Below are positions 28,201 to 41,500 of a DNA stretch of 64,000 nt, piece by piece. Source of the stretch: Phoronis australis (Eukaryota; Animalia; Phoronida); the NCBI GenBank assembly GCA_002633005.1, contig NMRA01000068.1:25036-89035 (forward strand), given 5' to 3'. The position numbers and the translations under genes are program-made. Numbering within the stretch: the first letter of the stretch is position 1; every line of letters begins with the position of its first letter. Below the pieces are notes generated by a model. It was not told the origin of the DNA. It saw nothing but the letters and a program-made list of their open reading frames with translations, and ran no database searches.

Positions 28201-30182
28201 TTATTATGGGGAAATGAGGTTAGAAAGTGTATGCATTGTGTTTCCTACAGTGAAAGAGGAAATATCCATGTAATTACAATTTTTGAAACTTTTAGCATCT
28301 TTTGAAGTCTCCTAAGGTTCTTCGTTACCAATGTAAATATGTTGATATTTTGGTAGTTTAGGTCCTTTGAACGTTTAACTTTGGTCTCTGAGTAGGTTAA
28401 CAGCATACTAATTGCAAGCTAAAAGTGATTCCATATAAAAACCAGAAAGAGCACGATCAATGAAAAATCACCGTTTTTCAAAACTTTGTACACTAGCTGA
28501 ACTTAAGCGGCAAGACAATCCTAAACGAAATTTGTAACAAATTTCTAAGGACTTTAATCCCCTTTCCTGATCACTTTGTTTATTTACACAAGTATTGGGA
28601 TGGGAATGACTATTTTGTCTGTCTAAGAAGCCAAATGGGTTTAGCAGCAGATCATGACACCTGGACGGTTAACTTTGGAGTCATTGCAGTTATTGATAAG
28701 TGTCGATGTCAATAACGGCCTGTGTTCTGGAGCATTCGATATTCTTTTGCAAATATTCACCGTTCTAACACTATAAGCATTTCATTTCATTTATCATCCT
28801 GAAATAGTACACAATATTTCAAACATTACATCTGCATAATGTTTTGAGAGCACAGGGCAGTCACTCACCTGAGGGGAAAAGTTCCCGTATCTTCTAAAAG
28901 GGAAATTTTTGCATCGTTTTTAATAAGAGGGGAATTTACGCGTTGTTTTTACTTAGACAGAAACTTTGGAGATGTTTATTTACTGCAACGGTTTTCACTA
29001 TTTAATGTGTTCACAAGTAAGCAAGAAGAACTTTATGTTCAACAATAAAAAAATGTGACGTATTACCATTGTCACAGTGCTTGGCTTATGAAGCCAACAC
29101 CAAGAGACAAAAATTCATTTTTGCACATGTACAGAACAACACAGTTGTCAGGAAACAGCCATTCGGGAAAAAACTTTCAAAACTAGCCACTGAATATGAC
29201 AGCACTTTAACTAACACCTTAAAGTGAGCGAAGCGCTGTTTGTGAGGAACAGGTTCCCCATCTTGTACCACACAACCCAGTCACTGCTGGGACACCAAAA
29301 CAATTTTGTTCTCACAACAGTGTATTGTGCCCACATCTTCAAATTGACCATTCAGTCCTTCCACCTTAGTAAATAGACAAGAACAATGTTTAACTGTTCT
29401 TAGCTGACACTGTTGTTGACTACAGTGAACGATCCAGACCAGTTGGCACTTCAAACGTGGTCTGTTTGAGACAACTTCAGAGTGGAGTGCACAGCAAGTT
29501 CATTAATGAAAAGACAATTTCCTGTATTTCCTTCTAAGCTCCGCTGCATGGTTTTTCACAATTCTCCTCTTGTAAAACTTGCTTGTGTGCGATTTTGAGC
29601 TGCAGACACATGGAAGTTTTCTTTTAGTTTAGTGTTTTCGATATGCGAAAGTGAAATAATGCACTCCTGCACGTGGCACTTGATTTATGAGGAAACCAGT
29701 TTCCCCGTGTCTGGCTGCCCCATGACTTAAGTCAGTGGGTTCGAATACGACATTTTTAGGTCGTCTGAGTCTACAACCATGATGGGAAATTTTGATCATT
29801 AAGAGGAATTTTTTGACCAGATGAGGGGAATTTTGCGTTATTTTTAAATATTTTTGATAGGGGAGTGGTGCTGATATTCCGTCCCAATTTCGTGGGATCG
29901 AGAGCCCTGAAGCATCAACTTGTGACGATTTAGATGATCCACCCAACATCAAATTTCAATAACTCAAGAGTCTGTTAACTACCACAGCTAGTCTGAAAGG
30001 CTCACCTACCTTCACAGTTCAAATATTCATGTTACTCTATAGCATACAAAATAAGTTATGACCAATGCAGTGCTATGGACAAGACAAAATCACATACTTT
30101 AGACTGACATCTTTGTTGTTTTCAAATGAACTCCACTTGGTTCAACCTTTTAACAATTAGAAACGTTTACTCACAGAATTAA

Positions 30183-33000
30183 AACAAAAGCAATGCGGAA
30201 CGTTGAAATGCACCCACGAAGGCATCGCAAATGGTGTGCTTTTAGGGTTGTTTATTCGTGTCATGAAAATGGCCACTACATGGCGCAAAAACGTACAATC
30301 CATCCAAAAAAGGAACATGCCATGTTTCATAAAAACCTGTCAAGGAAATTCAGAAAAACAAAAGAAAACAGAATAAAATGAAATTGCCACTAGTGAGCAC
30401 AGCGTCTGTTGGATCCGCCTGAAAGTCGTTGTCTGTTGCTATCTTCATATAAATACAATTTAATGAAGATCCTGCAGTGGGTTTAGACGATACAGCTATG
30501 AGCGCAAAACAAAACAAAACAAAACTACCACTAGGAGGCGCCACAGTAGTCAGTCGCCATCATCAAACATCCTCTTCATACCAATTTTCAAAACCATCCC
30601 TAGAGTGATTTGGTTGATAGAGGGGTAGGCACCAAAAACAATATTTGAAAATGGCAAAAATGACCACTAGGTGGCGCAAAATACCTTGATTCCATCCAAA
30701 CCAGGAGGATAGCGTCATCTCACCAATAGATGCCTATATCCAAAATTCTATGAAAATCTGTTGAGGACCTTTGAAGATAAAGAGTTAAACATAAAAAACT
30801 AAAATTGCCACTAGGGGGCACATCAGTAGTCCGAAGTCGTTGTCGTCCATTGTCAACATCATAAAAATATACTTGCTAAATTAACAAAAGATCCTGCAAA
30901 CGGTTTAGAAGATACAGCCATGAGCGCAAAAAAAAAACTGCCACTAGGAGGCGCCACAGGAGTCAAAGTTGTCGGAAAATCATCGTCTGCCGTCCACTTT
31001 CTAGTAAAAACATACATGCCAATTTTCACAATTATCCAGACAGCGATTTGGTTCATAGATGAGTGGACATCAAAAAACAAACTCGAAAACAATAAAAATG
31101 GCTACTAGGTGGCGCAAACTAGGTCAAATCCATCTGAAAACCGAGAGATAGCGTCATCTGATTAACAGATGCCTGTATGCCAAATTTTATGAAAATACGT
31201 TGAGGACCTTTAAAGTGTACGCAACATGACTCTAGTACCTCAAAATAAATTTTATTATCATATCTTACTTGATTTCAGTGCCTTTAGAGCACAGCTCATA
31301 AAGAAACACGTAAAAATTGAAAAAAATAATAATTATGTACAACGTCATGGGTTGAACCCAAGTCGTTTGGCACACTGTTCGGATCAGCAACTAAGAGTAT
31401 AGAGTGAAGTGAAAGTAAAGTATATTTAGCGTCGAGAAGGTTCGTAAAGGGATGAAAAGATGTGTTTGCAGAGGCTGCAGCAACAGCAGTCAGACGGATG
31501 ACATCTCGGTGTTCCGAAGGACACCAAAGTTGCGCAGTAGTGGCATCGCTTCGTGCGCCGAACGTGAGTGTGGGACCTCAGCGTGGACCAAGTGATTCTG
31601 TCCGGAGCCACTCTTCTTCTGCCCACTTTGAGGAGTCGTGTTTCGACTCCAATCAGAGGAGATGTTACGATGAAGGCCTGGTTCAATAAAGGACAATATT
31701 TACCATTCAGAAACATCGGCTCTTTATTCAGGATCGTCTGTTGGATGACTGGGTTGACTGGCCGAGCCCGAGGCCGCTTCTCTCGCGGAAGGATCCAGTT
31801 CGTAAGGCCTCAAAGTAGAAAAGTACGCAGCTGAAAACATATCAAACTCATTCTCGCTTTCGTGCAACCCCATTTCGTCATCCTGGCCACCATTCTCGTA
31901 CGTTTCTTCAAAGTATTTGTTCATTTCTTGCTCATAATCATTGTTGCTTTCAAATTCCTTACTCTCCGCCGTTGTTCAATGCCAGTCGCTGATCTCTTGT
32001 GTTCAACCCATGATGTCACATGGCGGGAAATGTGAAAATTGGCAAAATTGAAAGAGAAATCAAAATTTCGAGCTAATGACACAAAATAATCATGGATTTG
32101 GCTAAATTTTACGTCAAACATCTAATCTGTGGCCACTGGTAATTCGAAATGTGCAAAAATCCATGGAGTGTACTGTTTAAAGATACAGAAGTAAACGTAA
32201 AAAATAAAATTGCCACTAGGTGGCACACCAGTAGTCAGATCTGTCTGAAAGTCGTCGTTGTCCGTTTTTAACCTTATGTAAATACACTTACTAAATTTAG
32301 GAGATATAGGAATAGGTGTTGTTGATGTCGTGCATCATTTTTTGGTCATTGGTTACTGTGTTTTGTTTACATATCACGCTGTCTATTTTCTTTATAGGTA
32401 GCAGTACATCTTTCGCCGCTGTGATTGGGTTTCTTTAAGTAAGCCAGTTCTTTCCAGTGGCTACAATAGCATTTGCATAATCTAATTATAGTAGCTTGAC
32501 CGGCCGCCTATTACTACGTATTAGCCTCTGTATGTTACGCGGGTTTTGGTGACTAGTGTTTCTCGTGTATAGCGGCATTCGTTGACAAGATCGTCGGAAA
32601 ATCATCGTCATCCGTCCACTTCATAGTAAAAACATACATGCCAATTTCCACAATCATCCTTTGAGCGGTTTGGTTGATAGAGGGGTGGACTCAAAAAACA
32701 GACTTGAAAACAGTAAAAATGACCACTAGGTGGCGCAAAATATGTCAAATCCATCCAAAAACGGGATGATGGTGTTATCTCACTATTAGGTGCCTATATA
32801 CCAAATTTTATGAAAATCCGTTGAGGACTTTTGAAGATACAGAGGTAAACATAAAAAAATAAAATTGCCACTAAGGGGCACACCGGTAGTCCGATCCGTC
32901 TGAAAGTTCGCTCATGCTGTCCTAAAACAGCGTATGCCGGACGGGCGGATGGAGATGATGGCATAATGCGTCCACATATAAATATGTGGGAGCATTAAAA
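30183..33000. mobile_element. Helentron-associated (HINE/DINE-like) element with internal tandem array
   Basis: Starts AACAAAAGCAATGCGG; many GCCACTAGGxGGCGC subunits; CGGA-type microsatellite then terminal hairpin TAATGCGTCCACATAT-AA-ATATGTGGGAGCATTA (32964-32997) and an A-run. Absent from the homologous position in duplication copy 2. Related fragments at ~3900-4300 and ~50900-51650. Confidence 0.72.
31214..32176 (-). mobile_element. Kolobok-like element nested in the HINE array, with decayed accessory (KolX / P2X7 C-terminal-like) ORF
   Basis: TTAA duplicated (31210-13, 32177-80) inside a repeat unit that otherwise reads GAGGACCTTTGAAGATAC; imperfect TIRs AGTGTAC..CATG / CATG..GTACTGT; acidic ORF 31924-31724 with LRPYELDP, resembling the PYxFEP motif. 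Confidence 0.62.
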
Positions 33001-34289
33001 ACAACAAAAGATTTTAACTCAAAACATTAGCCAAAGCCGCATGATTTTCAAAAGTGGTGCTGCATATGTTGGTATGTATAGTGCCATCTCTTAGTCACAT
33101 ACGTAACTGCCGCCTGAAGAACGAATATGAGTTCGTCGTGATTTGTTCAGTTGTTGTTTAACTCAATTGACCTTACGCCAACCAGAGGATCGCTCCGCCT
33201 ATGTCATGTGATGTAGAAGTCCGACAGCAGAGAATGGGTTCGTCAAGCAAGATCGGTGTGCTAAATGATATTCACGCAGACTTTGGCGAACGTTATCTTC
33301 CCTATAATCTCGCCATGACAAAGACAAAAGGCAAACCTTCAGAAAAGGCTCCTATGGGAACAGGGTGAGGATTTACGTCGAGGACACCTGGCATGTAAAC
33401 TGCCCTATGTTTTAGAAGTCAACACAAATCCAACGAGTCTCATGGAGTTGACATCAGCGTCAACAAAAACTGCACGAATGCGATTAAAAATAGTAGCAAA
33501 AATCCTTAATGAATAACAGTTCTTCCCTTATAGCAAAGCAAACGTTTTACGAAAATATTGAGGGAACAAGAAACCTACCGGGCAGTAACTATAACAGTTT
33601 AACCGAGAATTTCATGTCCTGGTCGAGCCGTGACAGACACACGTAACAAGTCGAAATTCAGAGTAATTGTAACCATTCAAATTAACATTTCAAAGGTAAG
33701 TGATTTTGATGAAGCAATACCAGTCTAACCCAGTCAGTACTTGAGTGGTGATTATGACCTTCGAACAGACAAAACAAAGCACACTTGCCAACTGCGGAAT
33801 GTTGCCAATCTGTTATTTTATATATCTGACTTGTATACTACGTACATGTCAACCAATACGGGTACTGCATATTTGCTTCGTGCTTGCCCTTTCTGTTCAT
33901 AATAGAGTTTTCAATCCTTCGCTTTGGCTTTTACTGACAATCTTTGTCGAAATAATAACATTTCACGAGCCTCGCTAGACAGGGTCAAGAGGAGTTACGA
34001 AGGAATAGGAATAGGCCTATAACACTCACAGTCAGTACTAGATGTAAGAGTCTCTAATAGGTAACTTAGTAGGTAGGCATGCAATGCAGTTTGACTCTTG
34101 ATTGACTGATTTGACTCGTTTTCGTCAGTGCTATGGAAATGGTTGATATGTATGGTTATAATGAACCAGAAAGTGATCGCAGATAGCCAAAGGGTCACAC
34201 ACTTAACAAAGCCGTAATCCAGAGCCAAAATTCCGATATTGCGAAGAAATATTTAAAACAGTGCATACCTTAGAACATACTTGTGTTTA

Positions 34290-34790
34290 GCTTTCAAGAG
34301 GTCAAACAATGTTGGCATGTTTTGATGGTTGGGAACCCTCTTTGTGCATCGAATACGCAAGTCCAGCTTTTTAGTGGGAAAGCACATCGAAAAAAGCGCT
34401 TATCGGGGTGCTCTTTGTGCGTTGACAACGCAAACTCGACATTTTTATTGAGAAAACGCGTTTTTACAAAAGAGAATCAGTTGTCTGGAACATTTCATTT
34501 GTGTCAACAACGTAAACCAGACCCACTCATTGGAAAGCCCATATTTGTCACCAGGAACACTCTTTTTCACAACGCAGCAGATATTTCAAATGAAATAGCG
34601 CATTTTTGAAAAAACTCCATCACTTGCCGAGAAACGTTTTTGAGCATCGGCAATGCAAGTCGAATATTTCATATTGAGAAAGCACATTTTTGAAAAGAAG
34701 AACCAACAATTGTCGGGAATGTTCTTTGTGCGTCGACAACGCACATTTATTATTGGGAAAGCCATTTTTTTAAAAAATTAATCGCGCAGA
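34290..34790. repeat. Degenerate ~80-bp tandem array
   Basis: About six units of the type TTGTCGGGAAxGxTCTTTGTGCGTCGACAACGCA...TATTGxGAAAGC. Confidence 0.7.
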
Positions 34791-35199
34791 CCGTTTGAAT
34801 CCCATTGACCAGCAATTATACTGCTATCAAATGACCGAGCCAGCAATGTTGATACTAAGACCGCTCATCGAAATGATGTACACCCACGAAATTCGGACAT
34901 GAGCGGAAACCCAAATCTGGAAGTTCAGAAACCACAAAAATGATGTTTCGCATGATTCGCCCAAGAATGAATTTTTTCTACTGGAATTAATTTTGAGTGT
35001 CCGAAAATCGCGCGACTTTACCGTAAAACCCAAAATGCAATTTTGGAATGAGTTCATCATATTTTAAACTCAGTTGACTTAAATACCCTTATTATTCTAT
35101 TATTTACTATTTAATATTTTTGCAGGTTTTGGATTACTGGTTTTGTATTTTATAAAAACATGAATAAACTTATTAACTTGTAGAATGCAGATATTTAAA

Positions 35200-38100
35200 A
35201 TTATATCGTGACTCCTTCACACAAGGTAAATAGAAATCCACTATATTAAAGAAAACAAAGCCTAACGTTTCTTATAACCTTATAAACTACCCAGTTAGGA
35301 TGCAATTCTTTAAATTAGAATATGTCCATATAACATACCCACTTCTAGCAACACATAAGGAAATAGAATGACATTATGGCATTCTCCCAGTCAGTGACTC
35401 TACAATAGATAGAATGGTTGTGAGCCTGTGATAACATCTAGCTCCTTTGTTAACTGCCAAGCACAGTCTTTTGTCTGGTATGACAACATGCAGGCCAATC
35501 ATCTACCAGGCTAGTTACCGACCACATGTGAACACAGTCTAACCCAGTGCAAGCTCCGCCCACTTGCATAATGTCGACAAACAAACGATAATTTTAACCT
35601 GTGGCAACATGTTGTTTGTCCGGTAAAATGGTGCCTTTGTGACGAAGGTGTGTCAAGAACGATGCGTTTTGATTCGTCACTTAAGACGTCACTCAAAGTC
35701 CTGGCGATAGGTCAATTGGTATGTTTGGAAAGAATAGATTATCATAACTTCGATTGTAGTTGGGCGATTTTGGTGTTTCAAAAACTAAACATGATCAGCA
35801 TTTGATGAGGAATTCAGAAATACTATTGGTTTATGTTCAAATACCTAGCTTTAAATTTTACAGCACAGCCCATGCAGTCAGGCAATATAGGATATATATC
35901 TTATCATTTAATGAACAAAAGAGAAGTGACCCTCTAACCATAAATGCCAGAACGGAATTAATCATTATTGTAAGATATTAACTACAGGGGTCATCCTGAC
36001 CAAACCTGTTGGGCTATACAACATCCAACAACTTGGGCTCAACAGGGGGATGGGAACCCACAGTGGTAAACAGAATGGTCACAACAGCAACACACCACAC
36101 ATTGACCTTATTTTCAGTTTCAGTTCTCAATAAAGGTCAGATAAAAAACACTCCTCTGCAGGAAGTGGGTCAGACCACAGCCAACCTACTGTGAATTTCT
36201 GATAGTTAGCCCTAGGGAATGTCTTATGATCAATGGCACATTTTTGTCTTTCTGCTAGGCCAAACATTAAAACCCAGTGTTCTTTAGGAAGCACAGAGAA
36301 AATAAACAGGGTATATCGTATGTACAACTAAGTACAAGCAACTTGTACTGGAATGAAGACCATCACCTGAGTTTAGATATTTGACTGGGCCTGTTTGCAG
36401 AAAATACCAGTACTATACAACAACCTAATGCCATTGAACTGATGATTGATGCTTAGTTGAACAGATACTGGAATCTAGTACATACTGAGGGAAGACTTGG
36501 TTGAAGAGAGTCTACTGTGCAGAATTAACTACAATAAACAATGAATGTGATAAGAACACAGGTAGGAGAAATGCATTCATTGACTAAATAAGGCTTCTAT
36601 ATAGCTATATAATGTGGTCCGAATGCAGTTCGTGCGTTATTAGATTAACTAACTGCTGCATTCTTTTTCCATGAATATTTGAAGGACTTAGGCTGTTTTC
36701 GACCAAAAAAATAGCATTTTTAAAGTAATATTAAAATATTACTTTAAAGTGCTTTAAATATAAACATTTTATGACTACATTGCCAGCATCATTAAACCAT
36801 TTACAGCACTGCATACCATCCCAAACCCAGAAAATAGAAGAAAAACAACTTCAATTGAAAGTTTCTTAGCTCCACGGACATGTGATGTATGAAAGTACCT
36901 AGCGCCAGTTTGTCACGTTCACAAGCATGCAAGTTTTTTGTAAATATGTGCCATATCCACGCTTCTCCAATGTCCTGCTGGAAAGTGAAGTTAAGCCACA
37001 ACCTGGCCAAATACTAAGTTGTCACAACCACCACAAACCACACAAAACCCAATCATTACAGAGGATGAGTGCTGTGATCTCGATAGTCCCGATTTTAGGT
37101 AAAATGTATCGACAAATAAATGCTCTAACTCGAGAGCAGCCAACAACGTATTGTCACAGTGTTTGCGTGGGTTCTAATTTCACACTTGATGGGCTGGTGG
37201 AGTTTCTTTTTGGTGTTCTCGATGTGAAATTGGTAATTTTAAACACATCCTACCCATGACAACAGTTGGTTTTTACAGTCAAAATACCATGAGAGACAAA
37301 TCCTAGAACTGAAAAGAAGCAGCCCTGAGGTTTGGAAGGGGGGGGGGACATCAGCCATGTCAATTTGGTGACAATTTGATCCTCTTTTACTTGTTTTGGA
37401 TGGAAATCATTTTCAATCATATGGAAGGCATCGAGACATGTTTATTTAGGGCAACTGAGGTTACAAAGTGTATGCATGCATCATGTTTCTTATAATGCAA
37501 GAAGAAAAAACCCTGTGACTACAATTTTTGAAATTTTCAATGTCTGTTGAAGTCTCCTTGACCTTTCATACCAAGGACACCTTGAAGTTTTGGTAGTGTC
37601 GGTCCATTTGCATGATTAACCTTCAACTTTCGAGTCATTGCAGTTATTGGTAGGTATAACCGTCAATACTGGCACATGTTCTGGTATTATTTTGATAAAT
37701 ATTCTTCTGCAAATATTCTCTGTTCTAACCCTAAAAGCACTTCATGTCATTTATCACCTTGAAAATATTATGCCTGCATAACCTTCTGAGGGCATCACCA
37801 TAAATAAAAAATAAATTAGATAACCCACCCATCATCAAATAGTAATGATTCAACTTCCTGGTAAATACCAAAGCCAGTCTAAAAGGTTCACCTAACTTTG
37901 CTGTCGATGCTTCTCTAAAACAGGAAATAAGTTATGACCCACGCAGTGCTAATTAGGTCAAGCCAAAATCACAAACTAGAATCTTTTTGCGAACATTTTG
38001 TCCCGTCAGTATGCCATCTTTATGGTCACATCACGTCACCTAATGAATATAAGTCCAAAAAGATTTCTGCCCTTGACCGGGACTCGAACCCAGGACCTTC

Positions 38101-38482
38101 TGGTTACGGTGCAGTGGCTAGAGTGTCATCAGGTCATGTGATGTGACCAAAAAGATGGCGTGCTGACGGGACAAAATGTTTGAAACATATTTCCACTCCT
38201 CACTGAGAAAGATAAATTTTATACATAGAATTTTTTTGTTGAAGCAATAAATGAAATCCTCTTGGTTCAAACTTTTAAAAATTAAAACCGCTTGCTCACA
38301 CAATTAAAACAATAACGCCAATGGATTTCATCCCAAAACATAATAGCCAAAACCATGAATTTCAAAGAAGGTGCAGCATGCGTTGGTATATATGGGGCCA
38401 TCTATTAGTCACATATACTAACTGCCACCTGAAAAATGAATAGAAGTTCATGGTGATTTGTTCAGTTGTTTAACTCAATTGT
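35200..38482. repeat. Old local duplication, copy 2 (leads into gene B exon 2)
   Basis: Same orientation as copy 1; ends ~80 bp before the 38562 exon. Confidence 0.8.
37992..38180 (-). mobile_element. Hairpin element: 55-bp inverted repeats around a tRNA-derived core
   Basis: Arms 37992-38046 and 38126-38180; the loop carries GGGTTCGAGTCCC (B box) on the - strand; absent from duplication copy 1. Confidence 0.7.
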
Positions 38483-38540
38483 CAGAGCTAAGACCATTGA
38501 ACTGGTGGAGCCTTCATTATCTCTGTTACACTGACCATAA

Positions 38541-41500
38541 ATGTTTCACTTTCTTTTTCAGATATTTTGCCTGGTGTTGGTTCTGGGTCTGTTGGTCAAC
38601 ACAGGTAGTACTTGAAGTTTGAGGCAAAGAAAATTACTATATTTTCTCTTAATTATCATCTGTCCCTAACAAGCAATCTACAGCAGAAACTGAAGTGCAC
38701 CTACCCATCTATCCAAATGCTATTTCTGTCAAATCAAATACTTGGTAGTTTGCATGAAAGAATTTTGCAACAAAAATGTGTTCAAATCTCCTGAAATTTG
38801 AACTATGTTTCTGATAAAATTACAATTTTTCATGTTCTCTGAAGTTCACTGCATCGCCTAACAATTGTCCAGAATTTTGTCATGTGTTAGCACGACAGAT
38901 CTACATTACCGTAATCGTTCGGGTTAACGCCCATGCTCAGTTAACCGCCCATCCCCGACTTTAAGTAGATTTTCGATTTAACCGCCCACTGCTCGGTTAA
39001 GCGCCCCCCTGCGATTTTTGAAGATTTCCATTTAAGCGCCCACCTCTCGGTTAAGCGCCCATCCCCGACTTTTAAAGAATGAAGATTTAGCGCCTAGTGC
39101 TAAGGAAACGCGTGATTCCCCGACTTTTAGAAAAAGATCGATGATCACAATGAGTGCAACGACGCCGGGACTCCGAGACGGTGGTTTAGCAATCTGAATT
39201 ACAATACAGGTAACGAGTTATTGTCTTAGGTCATGAACTCACTTCAAAACATAATACTCGAACCTTTTTGTCACTTTATTTTCTTCCCATGTTTGCAAAG
39301 TTTAAGAACGCCGCCGCCGTCAAAACCTGCACTTTCAGCGACTTTGTCTGCCGCGCTGAGTTTTCGTCTGCAGTGCACTTGATAAAACATATATTCGAAA
39401 AAATCAGGCCAGAGAAATGAGACAATGGTTAAAAGTATATAGACACGCCCGTTTCTGTTACTTTAGGACTGTCGCTATTCTCTTTTGATGTGTGACATTG
39501 TAGTGGTGCACGCGCGCAAGTTCCCACACTTTGGAGTGCATGTTACCTTGACACCAACATGTGATTGACAGGTGACCCGCACGTAGGCCCTACGCGCGTG
39601 CTGAATCCCGCCGCTATCTTTGGCCATAAAAAACGAGATGCATATTGAAAGAGGCCATTATATTACTTGACGGCATTTCCAAGTCACGATTGTCAGTGGA
39701 CTGAGACATTGCGCGCTAACAACGGAACCGAACAGTGCCGCAGTGCGATATTGCAAGTGATATAAATAGGATAATCTGGACATCTTGCATGAAAATAAAT
39801 GTTTTTTCACCACGAAGTTTGGTAAGGTTATCGTTTATGAATTGAAACATCGCTGTTTTGTAGCGTTTTATCACATATTTATGCCGTGGCTCGAAATTTT
39901 ATTCTTGATTGACGAGTGGCACACGGCCGCTTAACCCCGATTCTTGTCTTGGGCCTACGTCTTTGCCGAGCATGTTTGGCACAACGGCAAGTGAGCAATG
40001 CCGGGCAGTCGAGATAAACCAGCAAGCCACAGAACCATACGCTGAAAATGTCATTGAGTCACGGAGTGTTGACTATAAACATCCCAAACACAAAAAAAAA
40101 CATCTGAATTAAGGTTTTCAAACTTTTATTACAACCAATTTTAAACTGCTCTCTGACTATGAACTTGGCAGCTAGTACGAGACTGTAACCATAAATCTGA
40201 TGTCTGATGTGACCTCTGCAACACGTGAAGCTTGCACGCGCGCACTTTAGCAAGATGAAATAGTTGCAATCCAAGTAGAGGCTGCGTGGTCACTGGTCGT
40301 CTGCGCTCTACACTACAGGGCTAAATAACAAGACCGCAGGACGGCACGGGGCTATTACTCAGCAATTATGTAAATTTAATAGTGAATAACTAATCTGAGG
40401 GCATGATAACCTTTGTTTGGATCATCCGCTGTAATGACATTTTCCCGTCATGTGGCGACGTGACGATAACGCGCTTTGAAAAGTGCTACGCTTTCCGAGT
40501 AGGTCTACGGCTACGTGTGTGGTGTGGGTACTTAGATCACGAGGTAAGATTAACCGCCCAGGGCGCTTGCCTGTCGTAACAAGCGCCCATGTTCAGTTAA
40601 CCGCCCATCCTGGATTTTTTGAAGTTTCACGTTTAAGCGCCCATGTCTGGTTAACCGCCCATCCCCGATTTTTTGGATTTGCCAATTTAATCGCCCAGGG
40701 CGTTAACCCGAACGTTTACGGTAGTTACAACTTGCAATAGAAACAAGGAAGTCAAATTTTCTTTGCAGCTAGTTATGTTGAAAAGCCAGTTTAACTCTCA
40801 ATCACAGGCAACACTGAGATTTATTAAAGATACCAAAATAATAGGATTATACAACAGACTGAACAATTTCCCAATCCAGAGTCAGGGAGTGCCTGTACAT
40901 GTCAACTGATATGTGATCATTCATCCGGAAACAAAGGTGACCTTCCGACCCTCCTTGTGAAGAAAAAACAGGGCGGTTGACTTTATTTATTTTTTATGAA
41001 AGAATTTTTATATACCGTAAATACCATAATCAGAGTGGGATAGAAGCTTTTGACTTTATGATCATCTCCCAGTCAAGCCATCAATGTGCATACATATGCG
41101 CTGATATGTCCTCACAATATAATGGGCAAAAAAAATAAGTGCAGCATCTCTTTTTCACATATAATTTCCAAGAAATCGAGAACATACTTCATAATTGCAT
41201 GTGTTCAGCAGAAAATTTCTGACAATTTGGAATAAAACATATTAATTTTTATCTTAAGGTGAGAGAACACGGTTTCATGAAAATTCATTTCGCAAGTCAC
41301 GAAAAGCAAGTCACAAATGATTTAACTGATTTCATGAACATGGCTTTAATTTGAAATGTCTTACAATGGGACATTCAGAGGATCACATTGGTTTAAAGAT
41401 TAATTGGGTATAAATCTGAAAATGTTTTTGAAAATGTCTACACTGAAAAATAGGCCGTGATTTTCATATTCTATAGCTGGTAATTATTATTCAAGTAAAA

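Larger units (their letters stand above)
26610..33172. repeat. Old local duplication, copy 1 (interrupted by later insertions)
   Basis: Colinear blocks shared with 35200-38482, e.g. 26741~35221, 26900~36110, 27290~36555, 27505~37250, 28150~37390, 28678~37632, 30049~37926, 33040-33172~38350-38482. Confidence 0.8.
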
